NCBI GenBank assembly: GCA_004431415.1
Contig: QPMI01000297.1
Span: 1 to 64,000, forward strand
Direction of reading: 5' to 3'
Length of the DNA stretch: 64,000 nt
Source: Cyanophora paradoxa CCMP329
Taxonomy: Eukaryota; Plantae; Glaucophyta
The notes below the pieces were generated by a model. That model made no database searches. It was not told the origin of the DNA and saw only the letters and a program-made list of their open reading frames with translations. The position numbers were made by a program, and so were the translations under genes. Shown piece by piece: positions 11,796-23,931 of this stretch (its first letter is position 1; every line of letters begins with the position of its first letter).

Positions 11796-13961
11796 TCAGA
11801 AGTCGAAGATCTCGTTGGGGGAGAGGGGCCCCGTGAGGTTCTTCTCGCGCAGGCGCCGCTCCTGCGGGGCGGTGAGCGGGGCATGCGGAGGGCCGGCGGC
11901 GGGCTGCGCGCCTGGTAGTACTCGAGGGCCTCCAGGCGCGCCTGCCGCCGCGCGAAGGCCGCCCCCACAGCCTCCCTGCCGCCCCTCGTCAGAGCACCGC
12001 CGACGGGGCGCAGCGGTCGCGCACAGAGCCTGGCGCTCGTCGACGGCGGCGGCGGCGGCGAGGCGGCGGCGCGGGGCGTCGCGGGGTCGGCGAGGGCGGC
12101 ACGGGCCGCGTCGAGGTCGATCTCCTCGCTGCGGGGCGTCGGGGACGGGGCCGTGGGGCGGGGCGGGGCGGGGGCGGACCTGGCGGCGCGCCAGGCGGCG
12201 AGGCGGGCGAGGGCTGCCTCCACCACCGCCGCCTCGTTCTCCGGCGAGACGGCCCGCTTGAAGTGCCCTGCTCCCCCCCCGTCTGCGCCGCCCCGCCGGG
12301 CCCGGGGCGAAGGGCCGGCGGACCCTCCCAGGCGTCGGCGCGGAAGAGAGGCTCCAGGTGGAAGCAGTCGGGCCCGTCGAGCGCGACCAGGCGTGCGTAC
12401 GCGAGGAAGTCGGCTGCGGGGCGGCGCTCGCAGAGGGCGGCGGGGCGGCCGGTGCGGGGCCCGGACCTTCGGGCTCGCCGTCTGTGCCCACGTAGTCGAC
12501 CGGCCTGCGCGGCGTCAGGACGGCGGCCGCGGAGGGCCGGCCGGCGGCGCACCCAAATGGCTCCTCCGGAGAGAGGGAGAAGACCTCGCGTTGGGTCGGG
12601 GAGGAAGGGGGGGGGGGGGGGGGGGCGGGGGCGGGGCGGGGGGGGGCGGGGCGGGGGGGGTGGGGAGCGGCGGGGCGAGGGGGCACCTCGCGGGGCCCGT
12701 AGCCGGCGCTCGCGGCGACCTCGAGGCGGTCGAAGGCGAAGCGCACTGTCGGCTCCAGCGCGAGGGCGAACGCCAGCGCCGGCCCGGGCGCGCGCAGGCC
12801 GTAGTCCAGGGGCAGCAGCGCCCCCGGCCCGTACGACATCTCCACCGCCTCACCCGCCGAGTGCGCCCGGCCCGCCTCCAGCTTCACCACCGCCTCCCCG
12901 CCCTGCAGCCCCGCTCGCCCAGGCCCCGCCTGGCGCCCGGCAGCCGGCGGGGCGGGCGCACCATGCCGAGGATGCCGCCGACCTTGCCGAGCTGCAGCTC
13001 GGCGCCGGGGCCGGGGGCCGGAGCGGCGGCGGCGCCGGGGACGAGCATGCAGCGGGTGGTGGTGCCGGAGCGGACGGGGAAGCAGCGTGCGCGGGCGGTG
13101 GCGTAGGCGCGGAGGAGGTCCTCGAGGGTCGGCTTCGCGCCGAAGAGGGCGGCCTCCTCGAGGGCCTCCTCCAGCGCCGCGTACACCCCGGCCACGTACG
13201 CCCGCCGCTCCCCCGTCGCCTCCCCCAGCACCGTCCCCGCCGCCCCCGCCAGCTCCTCCTCGCTCCTGCGCCCCGTCACGCCCCCGCCCCGCCCCGCCCC
13301 GACCCGTGCCCCGCGCGCCAGAAGAGCGGGGCGTCGCAGGGTGCCTCCACGGCCTCGAGGATTGGCGCGTACTGCGACTTCTCGCCCCTCGCGCGCTCAT
13401 GCAGCAGCTGCAGCGCAATTGCCATGTGCTGCACCCGCGCCCGACGGTCGGCCCCAGCGAAGCGCGCGGCCGGCGGAGTGGGGAAGGGGCGCGGGCGGAG
13501 GGGAAGTACGAACGTCCTCCGCGATGTCGTACTCGGCGAGGAGAGGGCCGATCTCGGATTTTTGAGCCGATTCTTTGGACATGCAAAGCCGCTCAGGCAC
13601 GCTAAAGACGAGCTCTCCCTTGCTGAGCGCCCCGTCCGCCTTCAGAACGCCCCCCTCCCGCTTTACCTTCTTGCCTAGCGTCTCGACCGGTTTCGCTGCC
13701 TGCGCGCTCGTGCGCTCTCAACCTGACGCACTCTGGTGGCGGGGCAGTTATTGAGGGGCGCCTCCGTACCGCGACGGCGTGAAACCGAATAATAGAGCGC
13801 TTGCAACTGGAGATCTGCAGCCGGGACACAGGCCGGACCGCCGGCGCACCCAAGAAGTCGGACCTCCGCGCGCATCTCGCGGATGGTGAAGACTGACCCG
13901 GCGCCACTTGCCTAAAACGCGCGGCCTCCTCGAGGGGCGCGGCAGCTGCCAGGAAGGCCAT
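11796..13961 (-). CDS. Plastid-targeted Rubisco LSMT-like SET-domain protein
   Basis: Transit peptide MAFLAAAAP...RSDFLG; LLHERARGEKSQY..PLFWSEEEL; SYG..LPLDYG; FLAYARLVALDGPDCFHLEPLFR; LEYYQERRL, typical of LSMT-like proteins. Confidence 0.8.
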
Positions 13962-14224
13962 TTCGACTAGGGAGCTAGCGCGGCGTGCGAACGAAGTGCG
14001 CTTACCCCCGGCCCCCAAGTTTGCTTGCGCTAGGCGGTGCACTTCGAGAAACATACAGGCTGCAGACAGAACACCTTCAGCTAGACGGATCTCAACTTTC
14101 GGGCTCCAGTTCGTGGGATTGGACCACGAGCCTCGATCGCACCGTGGCACCGAGTCGCACGAGGGGGGGGGGGGGGGGGGGGTACTCACGGTGGAGGCTG
14201 GCGGCGCCTGGCGCGGCACCTCCG

Positions 14225-17200
14225 ATGGAGTTTCCGGCATGTCTCGCACGCTACAAGGTAGGTAGTGCTCCCCACTGGCCCCTTTAGCAGCCGGCCCTTG
14301 ACGGCCAACGCCGGGCGTCCGCGCGCTCACTGCCGCCCTGCGCAGGAATGCCTGGACCAGGCGATTGCTCTGAACGCGTTCGACAAGGCCCGCGAGTACT
14401 GCGTCAGTAAGATGCAGCGCCAGGCGCCGGCGAAAAGCGAGGCGGCGGCAAACGAAGAAGCCGCGCTCACGCTTGCGTTCCGAATGAAGCTGGAGACGAT
14501 CATGGTACGCGGGGACCGCACCGCGGCTCGTTCGGGGCCGACGTGGCGCAGGGGTCGGCGCTGCAGCGCGGCGTGAGCCTGCAGGACGCCGGCTTCGATC
14601 TTCTGATGGACGTGGCGGTGGGCGTGGCGGAGGCGGGGCTGCTAGACCCGACGGCTATCTTTCAGCTGCTGAGTGACGCGGCGGAGGGCCAGACGGTGCG
14701 GCACTGCGAGCAGGTCTTCCGGTACCTCGAGGAGCGGCAGGCCTCCCTCACGAAGGCGCGCCCGCCGCGCCGCGCCGTCCGCGGGGCGGCGAAGGGCGCG
14801 CAGGAACTCTTCGTGGGGAAGCAGGCGGGGCGGCTGCAGCTCCTCAAGCTCTGCAACGAGCTGCTGCGGCGCCTCTCCAAGGCGGCGAACACTGTCCTCT
14901 GCGGGCGCATCCTCGTGCTCCTGGCGTTCGCGATCCCGCTGACGGAGAAGTCCGGGGTGAACCTGGCGGGGCGCTTCAACGAGGGGAACGTGACGGTGGT
15001 GGAGGGCGGGGGCGAGGAGGGCCCCATCGCGAGCGACGCCCTCGCCGAAATCGCCCTCGCCGAGGAGCTCCGCCAGCACTCCGCCGGCCCGCCCCGCCCG
15101 CCCCGCCCCGCCCGCCCGCCCGCCCGCCCCTGACGCCGCGCAGAGGCGGCGCCCATCGACTACGCGTTCCACCGCACCTTCTGGTCTCTCCAGAAGTACT
15201 TCGCCAACCCCGCCCTTGCTGTCCAGGCGCCCTCCCGCGCCCCGCCCCGCCGCGCCCTGTGCCGGGCGGGCCTAACGCGAGGCAGGCGGAGGGGATGGCG
15301 CGCATGCTCGCCGACCTCGAGACGGTCCTCGCCTGCTTTGACAGGTGCCCCGCCCGCCGCCGGCCCCGCCCACGCCGCCGGCGCCGAGCGGAAGCAGCCA
15401 CTCGCTGGGGGACGCGGAGGAGGGGGACGAGGAGAAGGGGGAGGGGTACGCGGTGGCGGACAACTCGTCGTTCGTCAAGTTCCTCACCTCGTCGCGCCTC
15501 ATGTCCCTCCAGGCGCGCCCCGCCCCGCCCCGCCCCGCCCCGCCCCGCCCCGCCCCGCCCCGGGGGCCGAGCGCGACGGGGCGCAGGTGAACGACCCGTA
15601 CTTTCGCCGCCACGTCCTCCTCCAGTTCCTCGTCCTCTTCCAGGCCCGCCCGCCCCCCCGCCCGCCCACGCACCGCTCATGCCCGTGCAGTACCTGCGGA
15701 CGGGGAAGAAGCTCGAGGCACAGGCGCCGGCGACGCCGCTCGGCTCGACCACCTTCCTCCGCACCAAGGCCCTCGTGCGCCCCGCAGACGCCCGCCGCGC
15801 CGCCGCCCCGCCCCTGAGCGCCCCGCAGGAGGAGCGCGTGGTGGGCGCAGAGGCGCGCATCTACGGGCTGCTCGAGCGCACGCCGCCGCGGGGCCGCCAG
15901 TTCCGCGAGCTCGTTCGCCAGTCCCTCCACCGCGAGCTTAACTGGGTGCGCCCGCCCGCCCGCCCGCCCGGCCGGCCGCCCACGCGCCCGCCGCCGCCGC
16001 CGCCTCCGCCTCCGCCTCAGCCGCCGCCGCTGCCGCCGCTGCCGCCGCCGCCGCCGCGCCTCACGCTGCGCAGGTCGCCTGGAAGAACAAAAGCTGCTTC
16101 AACTTTGAGCGGGGCGGGGCCGCCCCAGCCACCCCCGACGGCCCTTCGTCCGCCAAGAAGCGCAAGGCAGCTGTGCGATGCTTCGCTTCCTTTTCCGCCA
16201 GGGCCGCCGCGGAGGGAGCCGGTGCGCAGGGCTCGGACGGCGGGGCAGGGCGGCGGGCGGCGGGGCCGGCGGCCGGGGCCGTGGACATCGCGAAGAAGCT
16301 GGACGCGAGCACGAACACTGCGGCGGTGCGCGGGGCGGGGCGGGGCGGGGCGGGGCTGGGCGGGGCGGGGCGGGGCGGGGCTTGAAGGGGCGGGGCGGGG
16401 CGTGAAGGGGCGGGGCGGGGCGGGGCGGGGCGGGGCGGGGCGGGGCGGGGCGGAGCGTGAAGGGGCGGCGGGGCGCAGCTTACAGACGCGGGGCGGCTGC
16501 CGGCGGTGTCGCTGGAGAAAATGCTAGAGCCGGTGCGCGAGGAGGCCGACCCCCAGCACGCCATCGAGGAGGAGTACAAGCTCAAGCGCAACAAGGCAAG
16601 GCCCGCCCCCGCGCCCCGCCGCCTATGCTCGAGCAGCGCGCAGAAGTTCGTGTGGCGCCTGCTGCGCGTCATGAAGCGCGAGGACATGAACATGGTCGAG
16701 GCGCGCCTGCCCCGCCCCGCCCGAGCGGCCGCACAGCGCCCCGGCTGAGCGGCGCGCAGACGCTCGCCACCAAGGGCGACCTCGACGCCGTCATCCGGCC
16801 CGCCCCGCGCCCCCTGCCGCCCCGGCCGCTGCCGGCCCCGCCGCCCCCGCCGCCTCACCCGCCGCCTCCGCACCCTCACCCGTCCCTGCCGTGAGCCTGC
16901 GCAGCGCTCCGCGTCGGGCTCCGCCGACGCCTGCCCCTGCAGGATGCCTCAAAGGCGCCGCACGTGCCCGGCGCGGTCCCCGGCGGCGCCCCGGCGGCCG
17001 GACCGCCGAAGGGGCCCGCCGCCGAGGGGGCGGGCCCGAGGGTAGGGATGGGGACGAGCTGGAGCAGGCGCCGGCGGCGGAGCCGGTGCCAGAGGTGCCC
17101 GAGGGGGAGGGCGGGGAGGGGGCGGAGGGCGAGGGGGCGGAGGACGGGGAGGCCCCTTCCGCGATGGCCGTCGACCAGGCGCCCCCGGCCCCGCCCGCCG

Positions 17201-17559
17201 TCCCGCGCCCCTGACCCCGCCGGCAGGAGGGAGGCCCCGCGGAGGGCGCCGACGCCGAGGGAGATGCCGAGGGGGACGGGGAGGGCGAAGGCGGGCGGCG
17301 TGCGGGGGCGGGCGTGGAGCGGCGGCGGCGGGGCCGATCGCCGGCACACTCGGAGGCGGGCTCGCGCGGGGAGGAGGGCGAGGTCTCCGTCGCCGTCGAC
17401 ATTGACGACGCCGGCGCCGCCAGGCACCCGCCCACGCCCGCCCCCCGCTCCCTCTCCTGACCCCGCTCCCCGTCCTGACCTAACCGCAGCGACACGAGCG
17501 CCGGCCCGCCGGGCGCCGGACCCGACGCCAAGGCGGAAGAGGGCGAGCTTGCCGAGTAG
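14225..17559 (+). CDS. THOC1: THO complex subunit 1 (Hpr1)
   Basis: LLKLCNELLRRLSKAANTVLCGRILVLLAFAIPLTEKSGVNL.G.FN; FWSLQKYFANP; KFLTSSRLMSLQ; ELNWVAWKNKSC. About 17 introns. Confidence 0.92.
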
Positions 17560-17626
17560 ACCAGCGCTTGGCAGAGCAAAGGAATACGCATTGGACGCGC
17601 GATGCCCTCTAATTGTTTAACTGACA

Positions 17627-17741
17627 GCATATCTGTGATCTACGCTGGGCGCAATTGACAAAGCGGCTCTCTAGCTGTTCAGAGATCGCAGCACATCTGT
17701 GATCTATCATAGTATGCTGGGCGCAACTGACAAGGCGGCTC
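17627..17741. repeat. Two ~44-bp direct repeats; second copy carries an 8-nt palindromic insertion
   Basis: gcatatctgtgatctacgctgggcgcaattgacaaagcggctc versus gcacatctgtgatctat[catagtat]gctgggcgcaactgacaaggcggctc. Confidence 0.9.
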
Positions 17742-17807
17742 GAAATCGAAGTGGACGCAGAGCGAGATCGCTTGCTCTTTCTGGCTGAGTGCGGCCCTAA
17801 CCTTGGC

Positions 17808-18752
17808 TTATAGGCGACGAGATGCCACTACTGGGAACAGCGTGCCGTCCTGGCGCCGCTCGTACGCCTGCCAGGGATTCAGTGAGCTCGATGCACTGTT
17901 AGACCTGGCAGGGGGGGGTGGGGGGGGGCTACTTACCCGCCCTTCAAACATGATGATTTCGCCAGACGGTGCAAGAGCGCCCGCTTCATCCGCCCCCTCG
18001 GCAGGAACCGCGGCAGCACGACTTGGACGCGAAATGCAGAGCGAGAATGCGGCCATCAGGCTGCGGAGAGCGGAAGCAGCAGTGTTGCCATCGGCCGCCT
18101 GGCCGTTGGGCGCCGGCTTGGCAGCCGGTTCAGGAGGGCCAAAGGATCCGAATGCGTCCATAGCGGCGAGAATAAGGAGCACCAACGAGCAGGTGTTGAA
18201 GATGAACATCAAAATCGCGAAGGCCGCAAGGGATCGCAGTGCGTTTTCATCGGAATTTGCAGACGGAGTCCCACGAGATGCATTGAGGACGTCGACCGCG
18301 CGGCACGCCGCTCCCAAGAAAGACAAGGAGAGCACCTCGGCCGTCCATCCCAAGATTCGAGTCTGAGGGCACGTCAACCGCCTCCCCCAACGGCTGAGCT
18401 CCTCAAATCTGCCCCCGCCCCCGCCGGCCCCGCCTCCCGGGGCGGCGCGATAAGCTGCGGACCTCGCGCCGGTCAACCAGAGGCAGAAAAGCACCAGCGA
18501 TGGCGTGGATCGCGAATAGGAACTGGTCCGAGAAGATCAGCGTGAACCAGAACGGCGCGGGCCCAAGACATATTATTTTTTAAGCACCGATAAAGGGGGC
18601 GAAACGAAGACCAGTGCGGAGACCACGCCGGCGAGCGCTATCGCCCTGAGATTCGCGCCGAGAATGCAGACAACGACGAGAGCCGAGAGAGCAGTCAAGC
18701 ACGAGGACGCAGTCAACAGGACGCGGACAACAGCTCTAGATCTGCTCTCCAT
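17808..18752 (-). CDS. Small ~4-TM membrane protein (MARVEL/CASP-like topology)
   Basis: MESRSRAVVRVLLTASSCLTALSALVVVCILG..., FLFAIHAIAG, WTAEVLSLSFLGAAC, LAAFAILMFIFNTCSLVLLILAA. GT-AG introns join the segments. Confidence 0.55.
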
Positions 18753-18837
18753 CTACGCGTAAGCGCGAGGCTGGTTGGGTCGGTTAGCAGGCTGGAGCAA
18801 CGCTTTGTTTTTCGACTCGATCACCTATTACCCCCCA

Positions 18838-18950
18838 ACTAGCTAAGCAGCCTAAGCTGCTAAGGCTGCTAAGCCTGCTAAGGCTGCTAAGGCTGCTAAG
18901 GCTGCTAAGGCTGTATAAGCCTGCTAAGGCTGTATAAGCTGTATAAGCCT
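18838..18950. repeat. 9-bp-period minisatellite (ctgctaagg / ctgtataag variants)
   Basis: About 12 tandem degenerate units in a divergent promoter region. Confidence 0.9.
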
Positions 18951-19076
18951 TGTTCAGCAGCCTGCTCGTCCTCGAACCAGCTCTGCCCGCGCGGGGCCTC
19001 ATCCGCGGCCTGGGCGCTTAGCTAACGGACGCTTTGAACTCGGATCCGCTCTTGGAGACGCGCCCCAACGAACGGA

Positions 19077-21754
19077 ATGGCCGCACGCTACGTGCCGCCC
19101 GCGCGGCGCAAGGAGCTTGAGAGGGAATCCCGCTCCGAGGTGGTGACCGCAGCGCAAGGGGTCGGGAGGGTCGATACCGCCACCGGCACCGCGCCGATGG
19201 GCGCAGTGGTCAGCCCGACGGCGCCGAGCGCCGCGCTTGGCGAGGCGCCCGAGAGGGCTGCGCAGCTCGAGAAGCGAGAGGAGGAAGAACTTGAAGAACA
19301 GGAGCAATCGCGGAACAACGCTCTGCATCGATAGTCCGCCCCCGCGCCCCCGGCCCAGCGCTCTCATCCCACACGTTCCGGCAGCTTCCTGGAGAAGAGC
19401 GAAATATACAGGTGCGCGTGTGTGCGTCTCGCGTCCCGAGAGACTGACGGCTGGCAGCAGGAAATTCGTAGAGTTCAGCGACGCCGTGCGACAGGACAAA
19501 ACCATAGACCACGTGTTCGAGGCCGAGAGGCCGCAAGGCGCGACGATCAAAGGGCCAAGCGCTCTTGATCTCGGTATGCATTCGAGCTTTCACTTCCCGG
19601 CGTTCTCTGCCACTGGCCCCCAGCGCCCCCTCGTTTTTTTCTTCACTTTTGATGTACGTATACCCAGATGCCGAATTCCAGCTGCAAAAGTTCGAACAGG
19701 CGCGAGCGCCCCGCCCCGCGGGCGCGTGCACATGCGTCGCGCCCTGACGGCTGTGCACCGGGGCGAAGTTCACGAAGCTCATCAGCGAGGTGGATCGCTT
19801 CATCCGCTTCACCGACGTCCTCCGCGCCGGTCGCAACAAGCGCTTCCTTGATGTGCGCAAGCCGCCCCGCCCATGACCTGTTCTCGTATCATGGAATCCC
19901 TGGCAGGTTTGCTGTGCTCCGGGGGGGTTCAGGTGCGCGTGTTCACAGTGCGTCTCGCGCCCCGGAGTCCGATCGTACGGTCGGCAGCCGCTATATCGTG
20001 CAGAGGATGGCCGACGACTGCACGGGGGTGCGCTTCGCTGGAAATTAAATTGAAGGGTGGCTGTGGACCACTGGACCAGCGTATATACATTCTTCTGTGA
20101 GTTCAGCTGTCCGAATCTTCGTGTGCGCAGGTGGGCTTAGCGCTTCCCGTCAGCAAAGGTGCGAAGTGAAACATTTAATTTGACCGAATGTATTTTGACG
20201 TCGCGTCCTTCGCAGGCGGTTTTGCAGTCCTCTTCCGGTCTCCAAGGTTCACAGCACTCGATGCCGATGTACTCAACGTTCAGGTACGCCGCTCCCGCAA
20301 CCGCAACCGGAACGCCGACGAGGGGCCGCCGGGCTGCAGGAGCCGGGCCAGGGCCAGAGATGGGGACATGAGCTTCTGCGGTACTACGCCTCAAGTCACT
20401 TTGACCTCGTCCTCTGCGACGGACAGTTTATGCAGGCATTTATTTTGAGCCATACGCAGTTCGACCTCACGCGCTGCGCAAAGTGACTTGCTCTTAGAAA
20501 AACGAGGGTATCACGAGGGTACGGGGCTGGCGGCTTTTGCTGTTAGCGCAATTCGCCGTCGCTGTGAGTATCTCCCGCCCCGATGCCGTTGGCCACTCGA
20601 TTTATGCCGTCCACGCAGTTCGACAATCTTTCGCCGGGCGGAACCCTTCTCTTTCGCGCGCGCCACACTTGTTCGTTCCTTTCTTAGCATTTCTGTCTTG
20701 CAGTAGGTGTTTTCTGACAACCGGGCGCAGCTTCCCGGCTCCACGCGTCCTGCCTGTATTTGTTCTCAACGTGTTTTTCGGACATCCGTTTCGCAAAGCC
20801 GCAGTTCGCAACGCACAAATCAGTTCGTTCCGAAATTCTGCACTTCGCAACCGCACATAAACCCTGAGTCGCCTCAGTTCGTTTACATCTCCTGCACGAA
20901 CTTCGACGCCTCCCGGCGCTCGGAGGTCCTCGCAATCCTGTCGGAGAAGATCGGGGCTCTCCGTAGCTCCGCTGAGATGGTGGAGGTGCTTCGCGGAGAG
21001 GACGAGGAGGAACTCGCTCAGACCATGGCGCCGGGCCTTCTGCGCGAGTTCGAGCCCATGTGGGGCATGCAGTTGCAGGCCCTCGCACGGTGGTACAGGC
21101 GCATTAAGGCCAAGGTCCGCGACGCTTGCATTTTGGAATGACACGCAGTGTCATCTAGCGTGGTCCCGCTGAACGTGGGCGCCCCAGATCGATCCCAGGG
21201 CGCACGTGGCCGTCCCCGAGCTCCCCGAGGTGGGCGACCGCCAGCAGAAGCGGGCAGGTGGCCAGGAATCCCAGGATGCAGAGGTCGAGGAGGGCTCGAA
21301 GGGCGGCCCACAAGATTGGCGCGCCGACTCGCGCTACTCCGCGGCTAGCAGTGGGGCGCGGCCCGCCCCCTCTGGGCCCTCGCGCCCCTGCCCCGTCCCT
21401 CCCGCGCGTCCGACGCCCTCGAGCGCTGCCGACGAAGGTGGGCGCCGCTGGGCGGCCCGCGGGAGCTCATGGGCGTCCCCTCCCGAAGCTCGAGGCGAGT
21501 CTGGCGCCAGCGATCGCGACTCGAGGAATGAGAGGCCAGCTCCCAGGTCCGCCTCTTCTTGTCCACATCTCCATCCGCTCCGTCGGAGTCCAGCGCCCAC
21601 ACGCCGCAGCGGTCAAGCCGAGCGGAGCGAGACAGGCCGGAAAGACGAGTCCAGGGCGTTTCGCGGGGGCGACGGGTCATCTCAGCCAGCGTTCGGCACC
21701 GGGGGCAGACCGTCTAGTTCTCGGGGGAGCTCGTGGGCCCAGGCACGTTGGTGA
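19077..21754 (+). CDS. FtsJ/RrmJ-like ribose 2'-O-methyltransferase-domain protein
   Basis: Spliced motifs FTKL...RFLDVCCAPGGFS (SAM-binding), FDLVLCDG, LLLAQFAVAFDNLSPGGTLLFR, FAKP....SFVYI, FEPMWGMQLQAL. Confidence 0.75.
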
Positions 21755-21831
21755 TTTGATTCGTGCATGTGTGCTGTCCAGACTCGCTAGTTGGTTAATC
21801 ATGAAAGCAATAACATCAAAGTCATGTGCTC

Positions 21832-23931
21832 CTATGCTGCGGGCTCCTCTGCAGCCTCTGCGGGCGCCGCCTCCCCACCCTCCGCTGGTGCCGCCTCGGC
21901 ATTCTCGGCGGCAGCAGCGGCCTCCTCGGCAGCGCGGGTCTCGGCGGCCAAGCGCTCCTCCTCGAGGCGGCGCGCCTCTTCCTCCTCGGCGGCGGCGGCG
22001 CGGCGGGCGGCGATCGCCTGCTTGCGGAGAGCGAGATTGACCTTGACCCACTCGAAGAGGAGGCCGGCCGCCTTGGAGGCCTTGTTGACGGCCTCCTGCG
22101 TGAGGCCCTTGACTGCGGCCTGCGCGTTGAGGCGGTTCGCCTTCGGCTGCTTGTGCGCCGGGTCGAATTCGCGAATCTCCTCCAGCAGCTCCTCCCCTAC
22201 CATCTGTGCGCCCCGCACCCCAACCCCCGTGAGCGCCGGGCGGCGGGGCGGGGCCGGCGCGCTCGCCATCTTGAGGACGTGGAAGTCCTCCAGCTCGTGC
22301 CGCTTGTGGCCCAGGAGGAAGTAGACGCCCTTGAGCGCCTCGTGCACGCCCTTCGGCGGCACGTTGTATGCGCGGATCTCCGCGGCCGCCTGCCCAGCGG
22401 CTCAAGCGGGGCGCAGCGGGGCGCCGCCGCGATGGCGGACCTTCTTCATGTCGAGCTCGAAGATCTTGCTCGTGATGGCCTTGAGGAGGGCCCGCCCTTC
22501 GCTCTGCTCCTCCTCCGCCGGCAGCTGGTCCCCCTTCTCGCCGCCCTCCTCGACAACCTCATCCGCCTCGGCCGCTGCATGGCGCGCGTCGGCCGCGGGG
22601 CGGCAGGGCCGGGTGCGGGGCGCGCACGGTCCACGCCCTCGGGGATCTCCTCGTCGGGGATGAGGGCGGCGGCCTGCTCCTCGAGGAGGCGGGCGGCCTC
22701 CTCGCGGCGCTGGCGCTCCTCCTCTTCGCGGGCGAGGCGCTCGGCCTCCTCGCGGGCCAGGCGCTCGAGGTAGAGCTGGTGCCGCTCGATGTGCGCCGCG
22801 TACATCGCCTCCGCGACCCTCTGCACGAACTCCATCTCCTCCGCGTCGAAACCCTTCCCCGGCATCAGAGTGTCGCAGCCGATCAGCTCGCTGTAAACTC
22901 CGTCCCATTGCCTAACCGGCGTCGCCAGGTAAGCTCCGACGCCCTTCATGCGGAAGAAGTGCACTCTGCCCCGCGCGTCAGGGTAGGGGTCTGGGCGACC
23001 GCGGTCAGGTGGAGAGGGCGCGCACCGCGGGTCGTTCAGCACGTTGGGCACATGACGCTGCTCGAAGGCTCGGAGAGCCTCGAACGACACGAGCGTCGTC
23101 TCCTCGGAATAAGGAAGAGTTTGGTTGAGCATGAAGAGATTGTCCTTATTCGCCGCAACATATTTCAAATTCCCGGGGTGGAAGATCTTCTTCGGGGGCT
23201 TCGGCTCCGCTGGCGGCGGGGGCGCGGCTGGCTCAGCCGGCCCCGCCTCAGCCTCTGCCTCGCCTTCTTCACCCTGGTCATCTGCTGGTTTCTCTTCTGC
23301 GGGCGCTGGTTCGGCCGCCTCTGCGGAGCGAGGGGTTAGCTATGCGGTGTGCGGGGTTCGCCGAAGAGCATTTTTCGGACCTGCAGCGCCTTCCTCGCCC
23401 TCCGGCGGCTTGTCCTCCTCGTCCACAGGAGGCTGCCAGTTCGGATCCCGCTCCACCTCGGCTATGTACACGTTCTTCGCCTTTGTGAAAGTCTTAATAC
23501 AGGCCATCACGGCGGCGTACATCCCTGCCGGGTGTCAGAGCGGAGTGCCGGCAAGGCGCAACGCTGCGCGCGTACCTGAAGCATCCTCATCGATCATCTG
23601 TGCAATGGCAGCTAGCCAATCCTCCTTCGCTTTGTTCACCTTGGCCCGCTCTTCGGACTCCTTCTTGGCTCGTTCTGCGCTCTCTCGTGCCACCTTCTCT
23701 TGCTTTTCTTTGAGCGCGTGGAGCTGCAGAAAGCGCCGGGGGGTCAGCTTCCGCCAGCGCGTCCAGGACGAGCCGGGCGCCAACCTCGCGCTGCCGTTCC
23801 TGATCCTTGACATAGTTCTTAAGCCAGTAGGCAAGGTACTCTACGCCATCGCTGGGCTGAGCTATTGCCACAGCCGCCAGGCCGGCGGATAAAACATCGC
23901 CGACCGCGTCTTTCAGGTAGGCGCTGTCCAT
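21832..23931 (-). CDS. Dpy-30 motif + GAF-like protein, radial spoke protein 2-like
   Basis: N-terminal Dpy-30 motif MDSAYLKDAVGDVLSAGLAAVAIAQPSDGVEYLAYWLKNY, then a GAF-like region (GAYLATPV...LIGCDTL) and an acidic Ala-rich tail, as in flagellar RSP2. Confidence 0.7.

Noticed and set aside
78-17630. Many long overlapping Arg/Gly/Pro/Ala-rich ORFs on both strands
   Set aside because: Expected from very high GC (few stops). The real genes are spliced and switch frames.
17803-18366. 187-aa plus-strand ORF
   Set aside because: Antisense shadow of the minus-strand membrane protein, which has an ATG and consistent splice sites.
20820-20883. 10-bp direct repeat tcagttcgtt at both ends of an intron, as a possible TSD
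   Set aside because: GT-AG splicing would not restore the pre-duplication sequence (off by one base); single case.
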